Below, one piece after another: positions 47,140 to 64,000 of a stretch of 64,000 bases of DNA; position 1 is the stretch's first letter; each line of letters begins with the position of its first letter. A program made the position numbers and the translations under genes. Below the pieces are notes generated by a model. That model had not been told where the DNA came from. It saw only the letters and a program-made list of their open reading frames with translations, and searched no databases. The DNA lies in the NCBI RefSeq assembly GCF_009914755.1, contig NC_060930.1; one strand, 5' to 3'. The stretch is from the human T2T-CHM13v2.0 reference genome, Homo sapiens.

Positions 47140-48833
47140 AATACCACATGTCTTGATTCCTGTACTTTTATAAGTCTTTATATTAAGGTATATAAGTCCT
47201 CCAATTTTTTTTTCCAAAAAAGGACTGTTGCAATAGTGCTTGGGTGTGGGTTTCATCCAAAGATCAATTTCACGAGAACTGATATGGAGTCTTTTAATCT
47301 ATAAGCATGGTGTATATTTAGATCTTTTAATTCTTTCCTCAACATTGTTTTCTAGTGCAAGGTGTATAGTCCTTGAGCATAGTGTGTGAAATTTATCACT
47401 AAATATTTTTTGGTTTTGATACTATTGTCAGTGATATTGCTTTAAAACTTTAATTTTCCAAAGGATCATAGCATGTATACAGAAAAAGTTTTTGCACATT
47501 GAGCACGTATATACTTTTGTTTCTTCAATTTGACCACATTCACTTATTAGTCTTTAGGAGTGCCTGCATCCATTAATCACCACTCCAGCTTATTTATGAT
47601 TCAGGTTTTCATGGTATATATCCTTTTTCATATTTTGGTGTTTAAAGTAGATCTTTACACTTAAAGAGTATTTATTCTAAAAAGAACACACTTAGCTGTG
47701 GTTTTTATTCAATTTACAATCTCTGCCTTTTATTTGTAATGCTTAATCCTTTTATATTTAATATACTCATAAGGTAGTTCAGTTTGTGTCTACAATAATG
47801 CTATGTATTTTCTGTTTACACCATATCTTTTATATTCTTTATTCCTCTTTTTCTTCCTTCTTTTGCATAAAAGGACTATTCCTCTTACTATCCATTCCTC
47901 TCAGTTTAAATTTTTTTGGTTGTCCTAGGATTTATAATATCCCACCTTAAACTATCACATTCAACCATCTATTAATATTATATAACTTCATGGATAATGC
48001 AAAAAACTCATTAACAGTATACTTCCAGTTATCATCTGCATTATTTGTGCTACTGTTTTTATGAATTTTACTACTACATACGTTGAAACAACAATATATT
48101 CCTATTATTTTAATTAATATCACAAATTGTCCTTTAAATACATTTAAAAATTAGATAAATAAGAGTATTTTATATTGACATTGCCATTTGCCATTTCCAG
48201 GGCTCTTCATTACTTAGTATGGATTAAAGTTCCCATCTGGTATTATTTTTCTTCTACCTGAATAACTTTCCTTAAAATCTTTTAATACAGAAGCCTGCCT
48301 TGGAAACATTCTTTTGTTTTTTTCCTTGTTTCCTCTGGAGGTGGCAGAATACGTATTTACATCACGTTTATTTTAAAGGGTTTTTTTGTTTATTTGTTTG
48401 TTTTGGCTGGACATGTCGTCCTAGGTTGATCTGTTTTTATTTCTCTTTATCACTTTAAAGATGTTATGCCATTGTTTCCAAGGAGAAGGCATCGGTCACT
48501 TTCATTACTGTCCCTCTATGTAAATGATATTGTTTTCCTCTGGCTTATAAGATTATCCTTGTTATCTTTGATGTTGGACGATTTATCTATAATGTACCCA
48601 AGTAAATCATAGAGTTTTGCTTTTAAAAATACTATTTCTGATTCATTGAGCTTCTTGACTGTGAGTTTATCATTTTCTTCATACGTGTAAAGTCTTCAGC
48701 CATCATTGCTTTGAGTATTTTTTTCTGTCCCAATATCTCCTTCCCGTCCTTCTGTGACTTGCTTTACCCATATATTAAATCTTTTGCTATTTTCACTGAT
48801 ATCCTTAAGGTTCTATTTATTTTTTTCAGCCTT

Positions 48834-48834
<1 letters not shown>

Positions 48835-48907
<73 letters not shown>

Positions 48908-48932
48908 CGCGCGCGTGTGCGTGTGTGTGTGT
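48835..48932 (+). repeat. Compound (CT)n(GT)n(GC)8(GT)n microsatellite
   Basis: Direct read. Confidence 0.95.
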
Positions 48933-50175
48933 CTTACAGATTGTATGGCTTTCATTGAGTTATCTTCTGGTTCACTTTTTCTTCTGTAATGTATAAACTA
49001 ATATTAAGGCCATCCAGTGAGTATTTTATTAAGGTTATACTTTTTTGTAGTTCTTTAATTTCCATTTGGTTGTTTTACGCATTTGCTTTTTTTTATATTC
49101 TGCATTTGTTTCCCTCATGTTCATGTTTTCTTTAAATCTTTGAACACAATTATCATATATACAGTTTTAATTTCTTTGTCAATTCCATCGTTTCTACTAT
49201 TTCTTGGTCTATTTGTATTGACTGGTTTTTCTCCTAGTTATGGATCACACTAATTGCTTTTTCCTGCCTCATAAATTTTTAAATGATGTCACTCCTTGTG
49301 AATGCAACATTACAGAGCACTGTAATCATGTTATTTACCTCCAGTGATGGTTGAGTTTTCTTCTGTCAGGCAGTTAATTTACTTGGAGATCATTTGGGTC
49401 CTTTTAGACTTGGTTTTTAAGCTTTACTAGGGTGTTTCTGGGGTAGTCTTTATTCTAAGAAGGCATAAATCCTACTCCTAAAGTATGACTTTTCTGGGGT
49501 CTCTACTGAATGCCCGAGATGTTCAATGAGGTGTCTCTCCTCGGGCTGATCAGAACCCCGGTATCCCCCAGTGCTACGTGAGCTCTGGCGTCACCATTGA
49601 GCTCACTGTTTCCCTGAATTTGTCCTTTCCCCAGTAGTGGTTCTCTGTCCCACTTTGTAGAATTTCTCCCTGTGCATATGCAGTTTATATTAGACTTCCA
49701 TGCATATTCCTTCAGCTCCTTTTCACCACAAATTCTTTCTCATTATTACCTAGCATAGAAAATACACATTTTCTTAGCTATCCCAAACTCCAGTCTCTTT
49801 CCTCAGTTCAGCAAGACTGCTGTGGTTGGCTTTGGCTCCAATTCCTTGCCCTTCAGTCCAGGAAGGTTCTCCAGGAAGAAAGTCATAATAGTTACGGAGT
49901 TGCGCTCATTCATTTCCTTTTCTAAATTATCTCAGTCCTGTACTGTCTCTTGTCCAACATGTGGAAAGTGTTTTTTAATATCTTTTATAGTCATTTATGG
50001 CAGAAAGCCAGTTTTTGTCAGACCTGGTTTTTTGTCCATGTACCTGCCCATTTTAATCTCCATATCTGTTTACTTCCTAATTCTCATCTACATTCTTGCT
50101 TTTGCTCTTCCTCTCCTGGCAACCCATATCCCTTCAGAAAACTGGAGCTTAGAACCCAGTGTGTTCACACAGGTT

Positions 50176-50239
50176 TATATATATTAATTATATTATATTA
50201 TATTATATTATATTATATTATATTATATTATATTATATG

Positions 50240-50279
<40 letters not shown>

Positions 50280-50383
50280 TGTGTCCTGCAAATTGTATGG
50301 CTATACAGCTTGCAGCTGTGCAGGCTATAGGGTATTTGGTCATCAGTCAGGGACAGACATAAAAACCTTGCATGTTTCCCTAG

Positions 50384-50430
<47 letters not shown>

Positions 50431-50580
50431 ATATATATGTATATATATATGAATACTAGTCTGTATGAACATATATATATGAACATATATATGAATACTA
50501 ACTTATATGAACATATATATGTATATATATACATACTAGTCTGAATAAACACACCTGGTTATATATATACTCATATACAT
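50176..50580 (+). repeat. (ATATT)n, (GT)n and (AT)n microsatellite cluster
   Basis: Direct read. Confidence 0.9.
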
Positions 50581-50988
50581 GTGAATTATTTACTTGTGAC
50601 CCATGACAAAAATGGCAAAAAGCCTTCATTTCAGAGAAGGGAGGTTAGAATGATAGAATTGCATGGGTGAAAGAGTGCATTGATCTTTTATGAGCCTTGT
50701 AGAATGGCACTCTAAGTATTTGATCATTTGATCTCTTGAGCTTTATATTAAAAAGACCTCATCAGCTCCATGTAGCCTTCTGCTTCCATCAGACTATTAG
50801 AAAAGATAGCAAGCCTAAAATACCTATTCTCTCAGACTCTTTGATCAAAAGCAAAGTTGTCTGGACATTTTGACACACCTTCTGGGTCTAAGGGAAATTT
50901 GTCCTAACAAGTTAGCTTGAAGCAAGGCTCTTCTAGGAGGAACTTAAGTTGGCTGTTGCTCCTCTTACAAGTAACATCAAAGACATAC

Positions 50989-51148
50989 TCATTTGGGTAG
51001 TTTTCTGGGGTCCTCTGATGCCGGTGTGGTGTCATGGATGACCAAGATTGACATGTCCTTCCTGTGACAGTGGTGGAGAATGTGCCTCGATAACTCTGGC
51101 CATTACCATGGTAGCACTGCCGGACCACAGGGGTTTGCTCAGTTGGTG
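50989..51148 (-). CDS. LPA: LPA exon 30, kringle IV type 10 first exon
   Basis: 160 nt (canonical KIV first-exon size), AG/GTATGT. (A)[52 protein letters not shown](D). Confidence 0.97.
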
Positions 51149-52353
51149 CTGAAAATAGACAAAATCAAGCTGAGTAACTACTAGTATGCAGAAACATGTG
51201 AAGCAATTTATGACACAAACAGGACAGTAGTTTCAGAATTATGACTGTTCTCTTTAGTATACTCACAAGCAGAAGGACATGCTGAAGCAAAAACAATAGA
51301 TTAATAGCATTCTAATATTTTAATAAGTTCTTAGAAATTTTATATTCAAAACCTGGTGGGAAAAGGACCTATCAGTGCTCTTACAATTGGAACAAAGACT
51401 CATGTGCAAGCTCTTTCGTATGGCTCTCTACTGGTTGTTCATGAAAACAATGAGGCAGGAAACCAGACGATGATGGATTAGGTTATGCAGGCTGTATGGT
51501 GATTGGCTGTCAGTAGGGGACAGACATGAAAACCCTGCACAGTTCCCTAGATGATTGCTCCTGAAAAGCCAAAGCCTTAAGCTTCTGGTGGACGGGGCAG
51601 TTCATGGTCCTGCATCTAGTACTTGGAGGCAAAGACACATTGCTTCTTAGAGAAGGATGGAGGCTAAAATCTTATTCCCTTACAGTAGAGACAGGGAATC
51701 CTCTTGTTCCAGCATCCTGCATTGCAACAAAGCAGAAGTCTACTACCCTTCCTCTCAACACACACCAAAGATGCACGTTCCATGAGAAGAAGGCACAAGA
51801 ACACCAAGAAATTCCTGCCTTCCAAGCATAGGTGTGCAGAGCCTACCTAAGACTGAAATAAGCCAGAGAAATAGTGTATTCTGTGGTATTTACTGCCAAA
51901 TAGCCCCAGGATTAGATGGAATAAATATCATCATATTAGGTTTCCCCAGGATGACAAACTCAGCGGCCACATACCTCAGCAACTGCAATGCTGAAGATTG
52001 CAATGAACACTGTCCATTTTAATAAATGCCTGGAAACACTCACTAGTGTGAAATTTGGCACAAATTTGGCCTGATGTTAGAATTGGAATTTTGTCTGGAA
52101 CACCGAGATAACCCCTTTCATAACAAAGTGAGTGGTAAGTCAAGTGCCCAGGTGGGTTTGCACCATTCCTGAAGTCACCGCCCACGCACGTTGCGCCAAA
52201 AATTGCTCCACCAGAGAGAGTGCTGAGGCTTCTTTCCACCTGCCATACCCTCAAGTTTCTGTGTAGCATGGAAGGCTTCTGCATCAGTCAGATTTTCCAT
52301 CTCTTTTCATCCCAATGTTCAAATGTGTAGATATCTGGCCACAGACTTCTTAC

Positions 52354-52535
52354 CTGCTTCAGAATGAGCCTCCATGCTTGGAACTGGAACAACAGTGGGA
52401 GTCTCTAGGACACCTGATTCTGTTTCTGAGCATTGTGTCAGATTGCAGTACTCCCACCTCACACACGGATCGGTTGTGTAACACCAGGGTTGTTTCCCAG
52501 AATCTGGATTCCTGCAGTAGTTCTCGGTCAGGCCA
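52354..52535 (-). CDS. LPA: LPA exon 29, kringle IV type 9 second exon (carries the unpaired Cys that links to apoB-100)
   Basis: 182 nt, [67 protein letters not shown](A). Extra Cys codon at 52463-52465. The upstream exons lie beyond the window end. Confidence 0.96.
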
Positions 52536-52871
52536 CTGCAAATTCCAAAACAACACAGGTCACAAGAGGCGGGAAAAAATTCAGGGGCACCCAGCGCTGT
52601 CTAAACTTTGTTATAACAAAGTGTTAAAAAGTGACGTTGTAATATTCCCATTTTAGGTACAATAATATTCCGAAAAGCAAAAACGGTCCTCAAGTTCTAA
52701 AGAACCATGTAAATTTCCAAGATAGATTATAATTTTTATTTTAAAATATCAAAATTGGTCTATGATCCATAAAAAAACTGAGATCATACATAAATGTATA
52801 CAAGAAAAATTCGGAATATCTTCCTCCTTCTGCCAACTGCATTCCTCCAGAATAAATGACATAGATTTTGA

Positions 52872-53182
<311 letters not shown>

Positions 53183-54759
53183 TTAGATTTTTTTAATGCA
53201 CATAAAAATGTATTGGTATCTGTCTCATTCTCTGTGTCTCTCTCTAGGACTCTGCAGTAACATGTAAATTGTAACTGATATATATTACTTCAGGGAAGAA
53301 ACAACATCCAACATGATACCATTCCCAGGCCAGCCCCTTTATTTACTCACAGTGTAGCTAAAAGGCTCTACTTTTAGAGTGAAAAGCAATTATGAAAATA
53401 GTATTACTGTAAATAACATACCAGGTAGATCAAGTGTGTCTGGCTTTACAAGACTTATAAAACCTGCCCTAAAAAACTAGCTCCCAGACAGGATGCCATT
53501 TCTCTAGGATGGGTTCCTGGGCAGGACCACCTCTCCTGCTCTCAGTCCATCCTCTGCTAGCGGCAGCCACTCCGAAACTGAGGGAATGGAGGATGAGATG
53601 AAAGAACAGTGGGACCCAAGTCATAAAGGGCGATGGCTGGGTAGACAATGGGATCTGAAGAGGTCGAGTGGCTACAGAGGAGTCAGAAAACAATGGAGTA
53701 AGAGGCACAGAAAGCAAGGACCCTGGGGTGGAGGGATCTTAGAGAATGCACTCCCATTCATGCCTCCTAGGAACGTTGACCCAACTTGTCAGAATCCTCA
53801 GATTACTAACCTGCAGCTCTCTGAGAAAACCTGAAACGTATTATGTGCCATGGGAAAGTTTAGAGACTCTATGCCTGTGACCTAGTCTCCAGCCTAGACC
53901 CCCATTTGAGTAAGCTGGTTCTCCAAGCAACTGGATGTGCTAAAAGGCTGAGCGTTTAAAAGCAATTTCTGCCCTTTTTACAGTTGAGATATACTTTCCC
54001 ACAGAGTGAGATGCACAGATCTGCAATGTTGTTTTTTTGATGATTTTGGATCAACACCTATACCTGTGGAGCCCAAACTCCCATCACCACACGGAACATT
54101 TCTGTGACCCCAGAAACTCTCTTGAGTCCCTACCCAATTAATCTGTGCTACCCCCTTACCACTGCCAGAGGCAAATACATTGGTTTCTTTCAACAGAAAT
54201 TAGTTTTTCCTCTTTTGGAGGAAATGTAAATGATCTCATGTAAATGAACTCATACAGAATACACATGGCTTCTTTCCTGAGTATATTTTTGAGCTCCATC
54301 CATGCTATTTAAGATACTCAGTGCTGAATAGTATTCAAGTGTACCAGTAGGTTGCAAATTATTTTTTCATTTTGTTATTGATGAACATTGAAATTATTTT
54401 TACAGTTTGAATTATAATAAATAAAGCTCCTATAAATATTCATATAGAACTCTTTGTGGACTTACTTTTTCATTTCCTTGGGATAAAGATTCAGGAATAG
54501 AATTGCAGGTTTGTAAGATAGAGGCATATTGATGGAACTTTTTAAGAAACCATCTGACTGATTTTTTAATTCGTTTTATCATTTTGATCTTCCACCAGCA
54601 TATGATAAGAGTTTTATAATCTACCTCCACATCAGTGACACCACTTATTATTATTTCCACCCATTTACTTTAAGTTTATGTGAGTCCTTATGTCTTAAAT
54701 GAGTCTCCTGAAGGCAGCAGATGGTTGGTGAGTTCTTATTCATTCTGCAGTTCTGTATC

Positions 54760-59348
<4,589 letters not shown>

Positions 59349-59351
59349 ATT

Positions 59352-59483
59352 CTACATCTTTCTTTGGCACTGGATGTTTCCTGCCCTTGAACATCAGACT
59401 CCAATTTCTTCAGTTTTGGAATTCAGACTGGCTTTTCTTGCTCCTCAGCCTGCAGACGGCCTATTGTGGGACCTTGTGATCGT
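59352..59483 (+). mobile_element. MLT2-type (ERVL) LTR fragment
   Basis: cctgcccttgaacatcagactcca...gcagacggcctattgtgggaccttgtgatcgtg. Confidence 0.75.
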
Positions 59484-59484
59484 G

Positions 59485-64000
<4,516 letters not shown>

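Larger units (their letters stand above)
45450..49900 (-). mobile_element. Patchwork of ancient L1M fragments
   Basis: T-rich L1-like sequence. Boundaries are approximate. Confidence 0.55.

Overview
Human genomic DNA from the apolipoprotein(a)/plasminogen cluster (recognised as chr6q25-q26). The minus strand carries the 3' part of LPA: 11 exons encoding kringle IV-9 (second exon), KIV-10, KV and the protease-like domain. These are exons 29-39 in the 39-exon, 6xKIV-2 numbering. All have GT-AG boundaries and one continuous reading frame to TAA at 25419-25421, with AATAAA at 25195-25200. Downstream on the same strand is the signal-peptide exon and HNF1-type promoter of an LPA/PLG paralogue (LPAL2) at about 4644-4810. 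A CpG island abutting a truncated LTR12 at about 13.7-14.5 kb looks like an alternative upstream promoter. The rest is mostly nested retroelements (L1PA, L1M, Alu, MaLR and ERV LTRs), DNA-transposon relics and microsatellites, so most entries in the ORF track are spurious. I found no convincing undescribed gene system. The most interesting signals are two protein-changing alleles in LPA (Cys at 2016, Thr at 1679), the fossil boundary of the KIV repeat unit, reciprocal insertion markers between KIV-9 and KIV-10, two templated-insertion scars, an inverted L1 pair inside an LPA intron, and the candidate CpG/LTR12 promoter exon. Repeat subfamily names and rsIDs are recalled from memory and need checking.
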